Shown: positions 10,623 through 22,048, counted from the first letter of the stretch. The stretch is 64,000 nucleotides of DNA from Bacteroidota bacterium (GCA_013288325.1 JABDCB010000005.1:16484-80483), one strand, 5' to 3'. Notes: a model not told the origin generated them from the letters alone. Made by a program: numbers and translations.

Positions 10623-11885
10623 ATGGCTACCATTGAAATGAAAGTGCCAAGTCCTGGAGAGTCAGTTACCGAAGTAACTATTTCACGGTGGATCGTGAAG
10701 GATGGAGATTATGTTGAGAAGGATCAGGAGCTGGCTGAAATTGAATCGGACAAAGCAACACTTACAATTAACGCTGAAGATAATGGTGCTGTTAAACTTC
10801 TTGTGCCCGAGGGGGAGACAGTAAAGGTAGGTCAAGTAGTCTGTTCCATTGATACATCAGTAAAAGGGGAGACTAAGAAGGCTGCTGCGGTGCCAGGTGT
10901 GGTGAAAGAGGGCGCTGGAGCAGGGACCTCAGGCGCTAAAATGGTGGAGAAAGAAGCTGTTTCAAGAAAGGTGATGTCAGATGGCTACAGTAATGGCATC
11001 CCTTCGCCGGCTGCTAAAAAGATAATGGAGGAAAATAAAATCTCTTCTGAAAAGGTTAGTGGCACCGGTAAGGGAGGAAGAATTACCAAAGGAGATGTGC
11101 TGGGAGCCCTTAGCAACGGATTTGATGCAAGGCAATTAAAAAGCTGGAATGGAGGCCGCCAGGAGGATCGTCAGAAAATGTCTCCTTTGCGAAAAAAGCT
11201 GGCGCAGCGACTCGTTGCTGTAAAAAACACAACAGCTATGCTTACAACCTTTAATGAGGTTGATATGAGTCAGATATATGCCCTTCGAGCAAAATACAAA
11301 GATCGCTTTAAAGAGCAATATGGAACAAGCCTTGGCTTTATGAGCTTTTTCACAAAGGCTGTTACAGAGGCTCTTTTTCAGTTTCCTGCAGTGAATGCAA
11401 TGATTGATGGAGAAGAACTCATCTATCATCAGTATTGTGATATAGGGATTGCCGTAAGTGCCCCTAAAGGCTTAGTTGTGCCAGTTCTTAGGAATGCTGA
11501 AGGTATGTCATTAGCTGAAATTGAAGCAGAAATAAAGTTGCTTGCTATAAAGGCAAGAGACAATAAAATTGAACTGAAGGATATGGAAGGGGGAACCTTT
11601 ACGATCACAAATGGGGGTGTGTTCGGTTCTTTGATGTCTACTCCTATTATCAATCCTCCTCAAAGTGCGATTCTTGGAATGCATAATGTGGTGGATCGGC
11701 CTGTAGCTGTTAATGGCCAGGTGGTAATACGGCCTATGATGTATGTTGCGTTGTCATATGATCATCGCATTATCGACGGCAGAGAGAGTGTAGGGTTCCT
11801 TGTTAAGGTGAAAGAAATGTGCGAAAATCCGTTAAAGATGTTATTTAAAGGTAAAGATCCTCAGGATATATTGCTGGGGCTATAA
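10623..11885 (+). CDS. sucB: dihydrolipoyllysine-residue succinyltransferase (E2 of the 2-oxoglutarate dehydrogenase complex)
   Basis: Lipoyl domain 'ESDKATLTI', E3-binding region, and catalytic '[12 protein letters not shown]'. Confidence 0.95.
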   Translation: MATIEMKVPSPGESVTEVTISRWIVKDGDYVEKDQELAEIESDKATLTINAEDNGAVKLLVPEGETVKVGQVVCSIDTSVKGETKKAAAVPGVVKEGAGAGTSGAKMVEKEAVSRKVMSDGYSNGIPSPAAKKIMEENKISSEKVSGTGKGGRITKGDVLGALSNGFDARQLKSWNGGRQEDRQKMSPLRKKLAQRLVAVKNTTAMLTTFNEVDMSQIYALRAKYKDRFKEQYGTSLGFMSFFTKAVTEALFQFPAVNAMIDGEELIYHQYCDIGIAVSAPKGLVVPVLRNAEGMSLAEIEAEIKLLAIKARDNKIELKDMEGGTFTITNGGVFGSLMSTPIINPPQSAILGMHNVVDRPVAVNGQVVIRPMMYVALSYDHRIIDGRESVGFLVKVKEMCENPLKMLFKGKDPQDILLGL

Positions 11886-11940
11886 GCATACATAGGAACT
11901 AGCTATTATTTGACCTAAGGTATACTATTAATAAAAAGCG

Positions 11941-12420
11941 ATGGCTGAATCAATTCATGTACAAGGCTTAGATCGTAAAGCGCAGTACGAAAGCCTTTTT
12001 CCTCAGATCCTTGCTCTTGTAGAAGGTGAAACTGACAGCCTGGCCAATATGGCCAATGTAATAGCTGCCCTTAAGTTCGGAATGGAATTTTTCTGGGTAG
12101 GAGTTTATTTTGTGAAGGAGAATGAGTTGGTTTTGGGCCCTTTTCAGGGACCAGTAGCATGTACACGTATAGCTAAAGGAAAGGGAGTATGTGGATATGC
12201 TTATGCTATTGGGCAAACCGTACTTGTAAAGGATGTTGATCTTTTTCCCGGGCATATAGCTTGCAGCTCTGAATCGAAATCAGAAATAGTAGTCCCTCTG
12301 TTCAATAAAAATAAGGAAGTAATCGGAGTACTTGATATCGATAGTGTGAAGCTTTCGGATTTTGACGATACGGATAAATATTATCTGGAGAAGGTGGCAT
12401 TATTATTAAGTAGCTTTTGA
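11941..12420 (+). CDS. msrC: GAF domain protein (free methionine-R-sulfoxide reductase family)
   Basis: 159 aa resembling YebR/fRMsr ('GKGVCG', 'HIACSSESKSEIVVP'). Confidence 0.75.
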   Translation: MAESIHVQGLDRKAQYESLFPQILALVEGETDSLANMANVIAALKFGMEFFWVGVYFVKENELVLGPFQGPVACTRIAKGKGVCGYAYAIGQTVLVKDVDLFPGHIACSSESKSEIVVPLFNKNKEVIGVLDIDSVKLSDFDDTDKYYLEKVALLLSSF

Positions 12421-12436
12421 TTCGTACACCTGGTTC

Positions 12437-14167
12437 ATGAAATATAACAGAATTCCTTTTTTGCGTTTCCATCTTCCCTTTTTTTTCTGTTGTCTTTTTA
12501 GTTGGTTTAAAATCAGCTCAGTCAGGACTCTTCGGCCTGTTTTTTATTATTGTCTTTTCCTGATGTTTTTTGCTTCATGTGCACAGATTGTAAAGCCATC
12601 CGGCGGACCGCAGGACAAAAAGCCGCCCCATGCTAATTCTTATACTCCTGATAGTGCAGCTGTGTTTTTTAAATCAAAAAAAGTCTCGATCGTATTTGAT
12701 GAATTTATTCAGTTAAAAGACCTGAATAGTCAATTGGTTGTTTCGCCCCCTATGGAGAGAACTCCGGACATAAAAGTAAAGGGGAAAGTGCTTGAAATTG
12801 TGTTTCGTTCTCCTTTGAAAGATAGTACGACCTACACAATTAGTCTTGGTTCTGCTGTCGTAGACCTTCATGAAAGTAATGCCGTTCCCGATTTTAAATA
12901 TGTTTTTTCAACTGGCAGTTATGTTGATTCACTATGGATTAGCGGTACAATTACCAATGCCTTTACACAACTTCCTGAAAAGGGTGTCATGGTGATGCTT
13001 TATAATAAGCTAGATGATTCGATACCTTATAAATCCGTGCCAGCTTATTTTGGGCGTACAAGCGCATCCGGAGCTTATCGTATTAATCATATAAAGCCAG
13101 GAATATACAAGGTGTTTGCCCTGAGGGATCAGAACGGGAACTACAAATATAACCCTGGTGAAATGATTGGGTTTCTGGAAAAGAACATTGAATTGAATAA
13201 TAGTCAGGATAATGTAAATATGCTTGTATTTAAAGAAGAATCAAGCACGCAAAAACTGAAGAGAGCTTATCAGAATGGCTACGGCAAAATCGTTCTTACT
13301 TTTGCTTCTGCAGCGGAAAGGATACACCTTCGTTCAATACGTAAGGACGCGGAACCCATTGGAACTTCTTTTGTTGAGCGAAACGGCAAAGCTGATACCC
13401 TTACCTATTGGTTTGTACCTCCTGCCGCAGACTCCTTATTTATGGAAGTAGGTGATGATAACAAAGTGTACGATACGCTTCGTTATAAGCTCGTTGGCAG
13501 GGATAAGTTTTTGAGCCAGCATAAAACGGAGAAATACCTATTAAAAATCCAAAGTAACGTATCGGGCATGCACCTCTTCGATCTCAATTCCCAGCTTCGT
13601 TTGAGTTTCTCAGCACCGGTTCCGGGGGGTATAAAAGATGCTTCCCGAATGTTTCTTACAGAAGATACTTTGAAGGATAATCTTTTCACAAATGGGTCAT
13701 TTAATTTTACCGATGATATCAAGCGAACCTTGAGCTGGAAATATGATAAAGGAAGTTGGAAGGAGAGCCGGAAATATCATTTGTTGATTCTCCCCGGGGC
13801 GTTCTCAGATATGTACGGTTTTACCAATGACACATTAAAAACGGATTTTAAAACTACAGAACTTCGATTTTATGGAACGCTTAAGCTAAATGTAACCGCG
13901 GCACCTGGCCATTATATACTGCAATTGCTGGATGATAAGGAGGCTATAGTGCGGGAAGAATCTTTCAATAATAATCATGAGTTTTATTTTGAGTATTTGT
14001 CACCAATGAACTATAAGGTGCGATTGATTACTGATAGTAATGAAAATAAAAAGTGGGACACAGGTAACTACCTTAAAAAGAAGCAAGCGGAAGCGGTAAT
14101 TTATTACAAGGATCCTATTACGATTCGGTCAAATTGGGATCAGGAAACTGTTTGGATTGTGAAATAA
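12437..14167 (+). CDS. Ig-like domain lipoprotein, function unknown
   Basis: Lipobox-like 'FFASC' followed by 'PSGGPQDKKPPH', typical of SbsA/Big_5-type N-termini. 576 aa. Confidence 0.6.
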   Translation: MKYNRIPFLRFHLPFFFCCLFSWFKISSVRTLRPVFYYCLFLMFFASCAQIVKPSGGPQDKKPPHANSYTPDSAAVFFKSKKVSIVFDEFIQLKDLNSQLVVSPPMERTPDIKVKGKVLEIVFRSPLKDSTTYTISLGSAVVDLHESNAVPDFKYVFSTGSYVDSLWISGTITNAFTQLPEKGVMVMLYNKLDDSIPYKSVPAYFGRTSASGAYRINHIKPGIYKVFALRDQNGNYKYNPGEMIGFLEKNIELNNSQDNVNMLVFKEESSTQKLKRAYQNGYGKIVLTFASAAERIHLRSIRKDAEPIGTSFVERNGKADTLTYWFVPPAADSLFMEVGDDNKVYDTLRYKLVGRDKFLSQHKTEKYLLKIQSNVSGMHLFDLNSQLRLSFSAPVPGGIKDASRMFLTEDTLKDNLFTNGSFNFTDDIKRTLSWKYDKGSWKESRKYHLLILPGAFSDMYGFTNDTLKTDFKTTELRFYGTLKLNVTAAPGHYILQLLDDKEAIVREESFNNNHEFYFEYLSPMNYKVRLITDSNENKKWDTGNYLKKKQAEAVIYYKDPITIRSNWDQETVWIVK

Positions 14168-14207
14168 GTCGGGCCTGTTTTATTACATTTATTCATAAAT
14201 TAGCCTT

Positions 14208-15176
14208 ATGTCAAGAATACTTACAGGAATACAAAGTACCAATGTGCCACATCTGGGAAACCTTCTGGGGGCCATTCTTCCTGCGATAGCCCTTTCTCAG
14301 AAACCCGGTAATGATTCTCTTTTTTTTATTGCCGATCTGCATACTCTTATTTCCGTAAAGGATGCAAAATTCAGAAAAGAAAGCACGTATGCGGTGGCTG
14401 CTACCTGGCTGGCAATGGGATTTGATACCGATAGAAACATTTTTTACCGTCAAAGTGATGTTACGGAGGTATGTGAGCTGACATGGTATTTAAATTGTTT
14501 TACCCCTTATCCTATGTTGGCGAATGCCCATTCTTTTAAGGATAAAGCATCCCGCTTGAGTGATGTAAATGCGGGATTATTTACCTATCCGGTGTTAATG
14601 GCTGCTGATATTCTGCTGTATGATGCCAATTATGTGCCGGTGGGAAAAGACCAGCTTCAGCATTTAGAAATGGCCCGTGATATTGCCAGAACGTTTAATA
14701 ATGTTTATGGCGAAACGTTCGTTGTCCCGGAACCGATGATTGATGAACGGGTTATGATTGTACCTGGTATCGATGGACAGAAGATGAGTAAGTCATATAA
14801 CAACTTCATTAATATTTTCCTGCCTGAAAAGGAGTTGAAAAAAGTAGTAATGAGTATTGTTACCGATGCCACCCCGCTGGAGTCCCCTAAAAATCCAGAT
14901 ACCTGCAATGTATTCGCGATTTATAAGCTGCTCGCTTCACCTGAACAGATTGTAGAAATGGAAGCGAACTACCGTAAGGGAGGGTATGGATATGGGGCTG
15001 CTAAAACGGCACTATACGATCTGATTATGCAACGTTTTGGTAAGGAAAGAGATTTGTTTCAGCGCTATATGGATGATCGATCCTTACTGGATGTACATTT
15101 GAGTAAAGGAGCGGAAAAAGCCAGGGTAATTTCCGGGAGGGTGTTAAAAAGGGTCAGAGAAAAGTTGGGGTATTAG
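14208..15176 (+). CDS. trpS: tryptophan--tRNA ligase
   Basis: HIGH-like motif 'PHLGN' and 'KMSKS'. 322 aa. Confidence 0.95.
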   Translation: MSRILTGIQSTNVPHLGNLLGAILPAIALSQKPGNDSLFFIADLHTLISVKDAKFRKESTYAVAATWLAMGFDTDRNIFYRQSDVTEVCELTWYLNCFTPYPMLANAHSFKDKASRLSDVNAGLFTYPVLMAADILLYDANYVPVGKDQLQHLEMARDIARTFNNVYGETFVVPEPMIDERVMIVPGIDGQKMSKSYNNFINIFLPEKELKKVVMSIVTDATPLESPKNPDTCNVFAIYKLLASPEQIVEMEANYRKGGYGYGAAKTALYDLIMQRFGKERDLFQRYMDDRSLLDVHLSKGAEKARVISGRVLKRVREKLGY

Positions 15177-16183
15177 TAATATTCGTAGGTATAACGAACG
15201 ATCACAATAGCCTTTTCGCGTTCTTCCCGTGTAAAGTGAGATGTCAGCATTTTTGTCTGACGATCGTATATGTAGTTCAGCTCATGAACAAATACATCTC
15301 CTTCATATCGTTGTTCTACATCCAGTAATTGGGTATCGGGAACATATTTAAATTCCTGATGGTTATTTTCTTCTCCATTTTCATTAGACGAAGTGCTTTT
15401 TTGTATAAGCCGTCCCGATTTGTCATACTTTAATTTGGTAGAAGCCCTCATCCAGCTTACCGTATATGAAGTGTTTTCCTCTGTCAATCTGCCAATACTG
15501 TCGTAATTCATAATACTTTCTTTATAGGTCTTACCTTCATCATTCAGGTGTTTACGTTTCACCTGAAAAGCGGACGTTTTTTCATAACGGAACTCTTCTG
15601 AAGAAAGCATGTTTTGTACTCCTAAACGAAAGATATTTCTGTTTTCACTTGCATTCGTTTCTCTGAATACGCTTTGTTTCTTGATTCGCCCTTCCGGGTC
15701 ATATTCATAGTATATAGCATTGTAGTAATCTCCATCTCGAGTACGTTTAAGACTGATTTGTTTGTTCGAATTGTAGAGGTAAGTGGTGGCAATGGTGTCA
15801 TAAAGATATGTTGGTTCTTCGCTTACCCATGAAGGTTTAATCCTCCGCCCCTTGTGGTATACTGCGGGGTGTTCCACTTCGTGGCTAATAAACCCTCTTA
15901 CGGAAGTAACATAATAGCGTTTTAACAGCCCGTTTTCATCATATTCCCAGCATTTGCAAATGCCTTTATCCAGAATGGGTTCATTATCTCGTTTGTAAGA
16001 AATCGCAGCTTTGACCGTTCGAATTTTGTTTTTAACAATGTAGGCCCTGGTAAAAACAGGCTCAAATGAATAATAGTCGGGAGGGTTTAAGTCAAACGTC
16101 TGAGCATTTATCCTGGAAAAATGTAATAAGCCCGGACCTAATATCATGCAAAAAAGAAGTAATAAAGTAATCTGAAATCGCAT
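15173..16183 (-). CDS. secreted protein with YD/RHS-type repeats, function unknown
   Basis: Repeated 'Y(x)YDxxGR(L/I)' motifs: YEYDPEGRI, NYDSIGRL, KYDKSGRL. Start moved to M41 ('MRFQITLLLLF', signal-like) to avoid overlap with the upstream gene. Confidence 0.6.
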   Translation of the reverse strand: MRFQITLLLLFCMILGPGLLHFSRINAQTFDLNPPDYYSFEPVFTRAYIVKNKIRTVKAAISYKRDNEPILDKGICKCWEYDENGLLKRYYVTSVRGFISHEVEHPAVYHKGRRIKPSWVSEEPTYLYDTIATTYLYNSNKQISLKRTRDGDYYNAIYYEYDPEGRIKKQSVFRETNASENRNIFRLGVQNMLSSEEFRYEKTSAFQVKRKHLNDEGKTYKESIMNYDSIGRLTEENTSYTVSWMRASTKLKYDKSGRLIQKSTSSNENGEENNHQEFKYVPDTQLLDVEQRYEGDVFVHELNYIYDRQTKMLTSHFTREEREKAIVIVRYTYEYY

Positions 16184-16217
16184 AACGAATTCGGTTTGGG
16201 GAGTCGTAAAATGAGTT

Positions 16218-18257
16218 TCAGGATTCATAGGTCTGATGGAGCAACTCCATGGCTTTCGAAACCTCTGTAACCGGGGCAAGACAGACATGATCCTTGCAAA
16301 CATAGAGCAAGGTAACGCCTTCCTTGTATCGGTTTTTTAAAAGAGGCAGATTGGATTCGGAGCTGCTACCTGCAAAGATCAGATTCGGAAGGTAATGAGG
16401 CAGGAGCTCCCTGAGCTTTTCATCAACAGCTTTACCAACAATGGCTACCTGGTAAAATGGGCTGTTTACCCATAACTGCAAAACTCCCCAGTTAGAATAG
16501 CCTTCAGCATATTGCTCGAGTTCCTGTCTGACCTGCTTTAACATGTGGATTGCCTTATCTGTATAGGTGGTATCGCCCAACAGGTTCCCTAAACGGAATA
16601 AAACTTTGGCCATCGATGAATTGGAGGCAGGAATAACATTGTCCGAAAATTCACATTTTCTTGCAATAAGAGCCGGATCAAGAGAAGAAGTGAAATAGAA
16701 AAACCCGGTTTGCTCGTCAAAAAAGTGGAGTATGACATAATCACATAGGTTGGTTGCTTTCTCCAGCCAGTGTTCCTCAAAAGTACATTCATACAGGGCC
16801 AAAATAGCCTCCAGTGTAAAACAATAATCCTCCAGAAAACCATTAATGGAGGCTTTCCCATTTTTATAGTTATGGAGTAACCCGCCTTGACCATTGTTGA
16901 ATTTATCCAAAATGAATAGGGCACAGTGTCTGGCAGTAGTAAGAAAATTGGAGTCTCCAAATGCGCGGTAAGCGTCTGTGAATGCACGAATCATAAGTGC
17001 GTTCCAGGATGCAAGTGATTTGTCATCAAGGCCCGGACGTATGCGTTTTGTCCTTTCCAGCAATAGTTTCTGTTTCAACTTTTGTATGGTCAATTGCAGG
17101 GTATCGACTGTTAGTCCGAAGCGTTTTGCCAATGCTGATTCCTCCTCTTTTCTAAGAAGGATATAATTTCCATGTTCCCAATAACCAGTCTCAGTCACTT
17201 CGTAATAAGCGGCAAAAAGAGGGAAATCACTTCCACAGATATATTCAAGATCCTCCTTTTTCCAGACATAATATTTTCCTTCTATACCCTCAGAATCTGC
17301 GTCCAGAGCAGAATAAAATACGCCTTCCGGCGATTGTAATTCACGGGTTATAAAAGCAAGCGTTTCGGTAACTACCTGTTTGTACAATGGATCCGGGTTT
17401 ACAAGATAAGCTTCCGAATAAAGAGAAACGAGTTGAGCATTATCATACAGCATTTTCTCAAAATGAGGAACTTTCCATAAGGAATCGGTTGAATAGCGGG
17501 CAAATCCACCACCCAGGTGATCATAAATACCACCAAAGGCCATTTTTCTAAGGGTCAGGTGCAGGTGTTTGCGGATGTGGCCTCTCTCTTGTTCAGGGAT
17601 CAAAGCAGACTCTCCAAGATGAAGCAGAAAAAGATAATTATTGGGCAAAGGGAATTTAGGTGCTTTATTAGGCCCCCCTTCTTTATGATCCAATCGTTGA
17701 TTCCAATTGCTCCAGCTAATGCCAAGTGTTTTGGAAGCCGGGGTATCAGCATCGGAAGAGACAGCGATTAATTCGGTTTGTCGTATTCCCTGGGTTAGTT
17801 GATCGGCATAGTGAATAGCTTTGTCAGGCTCCGTTTTCCATATGTCGGCCAGATTAAACAATACGTTCATCCATTCTTCTTTACGAAAATAGGTTCCGCC
17901 ATATACAGGCCTGCCATCGGGCAGTACAAAGCAGTTTAGCGGCCATCCTCCATGCCCACTCATCAGTTGAACAGCTGTCATGTATATCTGATCCACATCC
18001 GGACGTTCTTCCCTATCCACCTTAATGCACACAAAGTGATCATTCATAATCCTTGCTACATGCTCATCTTCAAAACATTCGTGTTCCATTACATGGCACC
18101 AATGACAAGCACTATAGCCAATACTGATGAGAACCAGTTTGTTTTCTTTTTTGGCCTGCATCCAGGCAGTATCATTCCATGCCTGCCATTGCACCGGGTT
18201 GTGAGCATGCTGCAGCAGGTAAGGACTACTTTCATGTATCAGGGCATTCGTATGCAT
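16218..18257 (-). CDS. thioredoxin-domain protein (DUF255/YyaL-like, with an N-acylglucosamine 2-epimerase-like fold)
   Basis: N-terminus '[19 protein letters not shown]...[14 protein letters not shown]'. 679 aa. Confidence 0.85.
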   Translation of the reverse strand: MHTNALIHESSPYLLQHAHNPVQWQAWNDTAWMQAKKENKLVLISIGYSACHWCHVMEHECFEDEHVARIMNDHFVCIKVDREERPDVDQIYMTAVQLMSGHGGWPLNCFVLPDGRPVYGGTYFRKEEWMNVLFNLADIWKTEPDKAIHYADQLTQGIRQTELIAVSSDADTPASKTLGISWSNWNQRLDHKEGGPNKAPKFPLPNNYLFLLHLGESALIPEQERGHIRKHLHLTLRKMAFGGIYDHLGGGFARYSTDSLWKVPHFEKMLYDNAQLVSLYSEAYLVNPDPLYKQVVTETLAFITRELQSPEGVFYSALDADSEGIEGKYYVWKKEDLEYICGSDFPLFAAYYEVTETGYWEHGNYILLRKEEESALAKRFGLTVDTLQLTIQKLKQKLLLERTKRIRPGLDDKSLASWNALMIRAFTDAYRAFGDSNFLTTARHCALFILDKFNNGQGGLLHNYKNGKASINGFLEDYCFTLEAILALYECTFEEHWLEKATNLCDYVILHFFDEQTGFFYFTSSLDPALIARKCEFSDNVIPASNSSMAKVLFRLGNLLGDTTYTDKAIHMLKQVRQELEQYAEGYSNWGVLQLWVNSPFYQVAIVGKAVDEKLRELLPHYLPNLIFAGSSSESNLPLLKNRYKEGVTLLYVCKDHVCLAPVTEVSKAMELLHQTYES

Positions 18258-18368
18258 AGGGCTAAATTACGGATTCAAGACAATTTTTCGGAGTCAGATA
18301 TTTTGCTGACATGACGTATGGGATTAACCAAGGAAAGAGGTAATAGCAGGCTGATAAAACGAGTCGGA

Positions 18369-18893
18369 TTACTTCTGGTTAAATAAGCTCCCTGCCGCAT
18401 TATTCTCTAATAGTGTATTTTGTTTGCGGTCGATAGGTATTTTTTTTCGAATCAGGCACTTGCCTGCTTTTAGGTTTCCCTTGATTTCAACCTCGGTATT
18501 GTTTTTTGAAAACAAACCGAGTAATGCGGGTAATCCCCCCTGAAGCATCTTATCATAAGATGTTTTGATTAGAAAAGTGTGAGTGTCTTCTGAATTAGCT
18601 TTGATATGTTCCCTTCTTGATAGTCTGGCTACGCCCATATCTGTGCCCGAAAGGCTTATATGAAAAGAAGACGGGTAAACAGAAAAGGAGTAAGCGTTTG
18701 GATTTTTTATTTTCATGCCCAATTCAAGCTCCATTCCATCATTTGTTATTTTTTTAATTTTCACATTACTGATTTGAGAGATTGTTACCTCCTTATATTT
18801 CACACAGGAACATAAAAAAAGTAGTGGGCTCAAAAACAGGAAGGTCCTGCGAAAAAAAAGTGATTGTAATAATCGCGGCATGTTTTCTTTCAT
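18369..18893 (-). CDS. LEA type 2 (NDR1/HIN1-like) family lipoprotein
   Basis: Lipobox 'LFLCSC' followed by a beta-sandwich-like sequence. Start is uncertain (18947, 18893 or 18881). Confidence 0.55.
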   Translation of the reverse strand: MKENMPRLLQSLFFRRTFLFLSPLLFLCSCVKYKEVTISQISNVKIKKITNDGMELELGMKIKNPNAYSFSVYPSSFHISLSGTDMGVARLSRREHIKANSEDTHTFLIKTSYDKMLQGGLPALLGLFSKNNTEVEIKGNLKAGKCLIRKKIPIDRKQNTLLENNAAGSLFNQK

Positions 18894-18931
18894 AGCAATA
18901 TAATTAATGTAGAGAGCCCAAAAATAACCTT

Positions 18932-19600
18932 TTAATGAGGAATGCATACTTCAATACCTACATAACGTCCTTTTTCCCCAAAAGATTGTTTTCCAGGCTT
19001 GGTGACTATTCTGGATGAAGCAATATGAAATTTTGTTTCCAGCAAGTGTTTTATCACCTCGGCCCGGGCAATCATTAATTGGCTTGTTATGGTTATTTTT
19101 CCGTTCAATGTGGCTGGATAGCTGAGAACACAAGAGTCGCTTCCTAAAGGTGCGGTTTTATCTCCGGGATCAGTTCCTGTATTACCTGTTAATGTTACAG
19201 TAGCATTCTTGTTATTTTTGAGATAATGGGCTAATCCTTTTAGTTTACGAGCGGTATCGGAAAGATCAATCAAGGAGTCGGAGTTGGCGAAAAAAAGAGC
19301 ATGTAAGGAGTTGGGAATACAATCGCTGGTTGTTTTAGCAGACAGGTGGGGAGCGGCTTTCCGAAAGCCGACTCGAAAATGTCTGAAATATTTGCTACGC
19401 CTTGCATTTGTTTGGGCGGTCAAGCGTGTACCCGAGAAAGATGCAGTCTTCAGGGGCTTTAATCTTCGTTGTAAGGTTTTATGCTGCGTTTCAGATAACG
19501 GATCGGGGGCGTTACCAGCAGGAAAAGCGCAGACGCTTTCTAAGGACAATAGCAGGCAGCAAAAAACGGTGGCAGAGAATAAAAGGAGAGTTGGCTTCAT
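18932..19600 (-). CDS. secreted protein with a divergent OmpA-like C-terminal domain
   Basis: Signal peptide 'MKPTLLLFSATVFCCLLL'. The C-terminus 'VTLTGNTGTDPGD...ARAEVIKHLL' resembles the OmpA_C pattern. Confidence 0.5.
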   Translation of the reverse strand: MKPTLLLFSATVFCCLLLSLESVCAFPAGNAPDPLSETQHKTLQRRLKPLKTASFSGTRLTAQTNARRSKYFRHFRVGFRKAAPHLSAKTTSDCIPNSLHALFFANSDSLIDLSDTARKLKGLAHYLKNNKNATVTLTGNTGTDPGDKTAPLGSDSCVLSYPATLNGKITITSQLMIARAEVIKHLLETKFHIASSRIVTKPGKQSFGEKGRYVGIEVCIPH

Positions 19601-19718
19601 CAGGTATCTTTGATGAAGTAAGCACAAGATCAATGCCATTACTTAATACAGGCGAGATAATTAATCAGGTTCTAACATCCGGTAAAGGAGAAAAGAACAA
19701 AACAGGTATTCTTCAGGC

Positions 19719-21095
19719 CTATTTTGTCTTGCTGTATTCGGCAAAATATTTATAAAAGAGCGGAATGGTTTCAATTCCTTTCAGGTAGTTAAAAACACCG
19801 TAATGCTCATTGGGACTGTGTATGGCATCTGAGTCGAGACCAAAACCCATTAATATTGATTTCAATCCAAGAACATCCTCAAACAAAGCTACAATAGGAA
19901 TACTTCCGCCTTCGCGTGCCGGAATAGGCTTTTTTCCAAAACTTTCTTCCATGGCTTTGCTTGCCGCCTTATAGGCAATAGTATCTGTTGGTACTACCAC
20001 TGGATTTCCTCCATGATGGGGGCGAACAACTACTTTGACAGAGGAAGGAGCAATACTTTCAAAATGTTTGCGGAAGAGAGCTGTAACCTCATCACTATCT
20101 TGTCCTGGTACCAACCGCATGGATATTTTTGCAAAGGCTTTGGAAGGAAGTACCGTTTTTGCGCCTTCACCGGTATAACCTCCCCAAATCCCGTTTACAT
20201 CTAGTGTCGGACGTATTGATGTACGTTCCCGGGTAGTATATCCTTTTTCTCCCCATACATCACCTATATCCAGATGCTTTTTGTAATCATTCAGATTAAA
20301 CGGAGCTTTGTCCATTTCTGCACGTTCTTCCTTGCTTACCGTTTTTACTTTGTCATAAAACCCAGGAATGGTAATATGATTATCTGCATCGTGAAGCGAC
20401 GCGATCATTTTACACAATGTATTTATAGGATTGGCAACAGCGCCCCCATAAACGCCGGAGTGCAGATCGATATTCGGGCCGGTTATTTCCACCTCCACAT
20501 AGGTGAGTCCCCGTAATCCAACAGTAATTGATGGGGTGTCATTGGCAATTATGGAGGTGTCGGAAATAAGTATTACATCGGCTTTAAGTTTGTCTTTATA
20601 TTTACGTATAAAGGGGCCCAGATTAGAGGAGCCTATTTCTTCCTCTCCTTCAATCATAAATTTAATATTGCAGGGTAAGGATTCGGTTTGCATCATCAGC
20701 TCAAAGGCTTTGACATGCATGAACATCTGACCTTTGTCATCACAGGCTCCACGGGCATAAATATTACCATCACGTACTACTGGTTCAAAAGGAGGAGTAT
20801 GCCATAGTTCCAGTGGGTCAGCAGGTTGTACATCATAATGTCCGTACACAAGTACGGTTGGAAGTTTAGGGTCGATTATTTTTTCTCCATAAACCATTGG
20901 ATGGCCTCCGGTAGGCATAATCTCAACATTCTCAGCCCCAGCTGCACGGAGGCGTTCACTTACTGCTTCTGCAGTACGGATCACATCCGGGGCATATTTT
21001 GGATCAGCGCTTACCGACGGGATGCGCAGAAGTACAAAAAGCTCGTCAAGAAAACGTTGCTGATTCTTTTGAATGTATGATTTGATAGTTTCCAT
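19719..21095 (-). CDS. M20 family dipeptidase
   Basis: Motifs 'GHYDVQP', 'ACDDKGQ' and 'EGEEEIGS'. 458 aa. Confidence 0.9.
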   Translation of the reverse strand: METIKSYIQKNQQRFLDELFVLLRIPSVSADPKYAPDVIRTAEAVSERLRAAGAENVEIMPTGGHPMVYGEKIIDPKLPTVLVYGHYDVQPADPLELWHTPPFEPVVRDGNIYARGACDDKGQMFMHVKAFELMMQTESLPCNIKFMIEGEEEIGSSNLGPFIRKYKDKLKADVILISDTSIIANDTPSITVGLRGLTYVEVEITGPNIDLHSGVYGGAVANPINTLCKMIASLHDADNHITIPGFYDKVKTVSKEERAEMDKAPFNLNDYKKHLDIGDVWGEKGYTTRERTSIRPTLDVNGIWGGYTGEGAKTVLPSKAFAKISMRLVPGQDSDEVTALFRKHFESIAPSSVKVVVRPHHGGNPVVVPTDTIAYKAASKAMEESFGKKPIPAREGGSIPIVALFEDVLGLKSILMGFGLDSDAIHSPNEHYGVFNYLKGIETIPLFYKYFAEYSKTK

Positions 21096-21257
21096 AAAGG
21101 TTGCATTAAATTGAGTGATCTGACAATACCAGCAAATTACTCAAAGGTTTTGATGAATGGCTCAAAGATGCGGAATAATTCGGTATCCGCATAACTTAAG
21201 CGACAGGAAAGACAGGATGAAATAAAGTGAATAATTGATGCAAAGGGATCGTTGATC

Positions 21258-21545
21258 CTATTGATGTTCCTTTTTATACGCCTCGAATGCTTTCTTTAAC
21301 TCCTGAAATTTTCGATTCGATTCAATGTATCGTTCCGTTTCATTTTCAAATTTCTCTTTGTATGTATGCTTGGTTTCTTTTAGCCATGCATTCATCTCTG
21401 CCAGCTCTTCATTTTTCAACCGGGCACTTTCCAGTCGCTCCTTAAGCAAGGTGTTGGCTTTGTTTATTTTCTCGTATTCTTCTCTGTAATTAATCAGTTT
21501 CTCATTTTTTGAGCTCGTCCGGGGAGTAATTCTGTAATTATTCAT
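21258..21545 (-). CDS. small coiled-coil protein, function unknown
   Basis: 95 aa rich in K, E and L with heptad character. I recognise no motif. Confidence 0.5.
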   Translation of the reverse strand: MNNYRITPRTSSKNEKLINYREEYEKINKANTLLKERLESARLKNEELAEMNAWLKETKHTYKEKFENETERYIESNRKFQELKKAFEAYKKEHQ

Positions 21546-21606
21546 GCGAAATAAGGTTCAGTAATTGAAGTGAATAATGGGTGAGGGTTGTTTAGTAAAA
21601 ATACAA

Positions 21607-21750
21607 TTATTTTATTTCCTCAGCTTGTTCTTTATTTTTTTGGTGCTCAGAACGCAATGCTGGCAAGGGTTTGTCTGTCTTGTTACGACGACGAGTGATG
21701 AAAATGTTTCGACCACTACCTCTTGGTTTCATATCAATCCTGCCGGACAT
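21607..21750 (-). CDS. possible small, highly basic protein (C-terminal part of the 147-aa ORF)
   Basis: 'MSGRIDMKPRGSGRNIFITRRRNKTDKPLP...'. The longer 21607..22050 version runs antisense through a better-supported plus-strand mini-gene, so only the short form is listed. Confidence 0.2.
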   Translation of the reverse strand: MSGRIDMKPRGSGRNIFITRRRNKTDKPLPALRSEHQKNKEQAEEIK

Positions 21751-21924
21751 TCGAAAAATAATTTTATTAACTATATTCTGAAATCGATGTTTATAACAGG
21801 ATAATATTCCGTTTCTGACAATCTGATAGAAATAATACGTGGAAATAGGGGTTAGTTTCGAGAACCCTGACTGGGTTAACTGGCCAACCATAAGCAGATA
21901 AGTTGAATCGTATCTTTTTTTTAA

Positions 21925-21932
21925 TACATTTG
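21925..21932 (+). promoter_or_regulatory. -7 box (TAnnTTTG) for the 25-aa peptide mini-gene
   Basis: TACATTTG lies 18 nt upstream of the ATG at 21950. Confidence 0.45.
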
Positions 21933-21949
21933 TTTTAAGTAAAAGAAAA

Positions 21950-22027
21950 ATGAAACGGATTATTACCATTATTGCTGTGTTAGTAGTGTCTGTGATTCTT
22001 GTCACAAGCACATCAGGAATGGTATAA
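21950..22027 (+). CDS. 25-aa hydrophobic peptide (single predicted TM helix)
   Basis: MKRIITIIAVLVVSVILVTSTSGMV. It is below the ORF-track length cut-off. A -7 box lies upstream and a strong intrinsic terminator downstream. Confidence 0.45.
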   Translation: MKRIITIIAVLVVSVILVTSTSGMV

Positions 22028-22048
22028 ATAATATAAAAAATTATTCGC

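Noticed and set aside
15173-16303. Longer start for the YD-repeat gene (376 aa), overlapping the thioredoxin-domain gene by 86 nt
   Set aside because: The extension has no signal peptide and overlaps the upstream coding sequence. M41 begins a typical hydrophobic signal sequence, so 16183 was chosen as the start.
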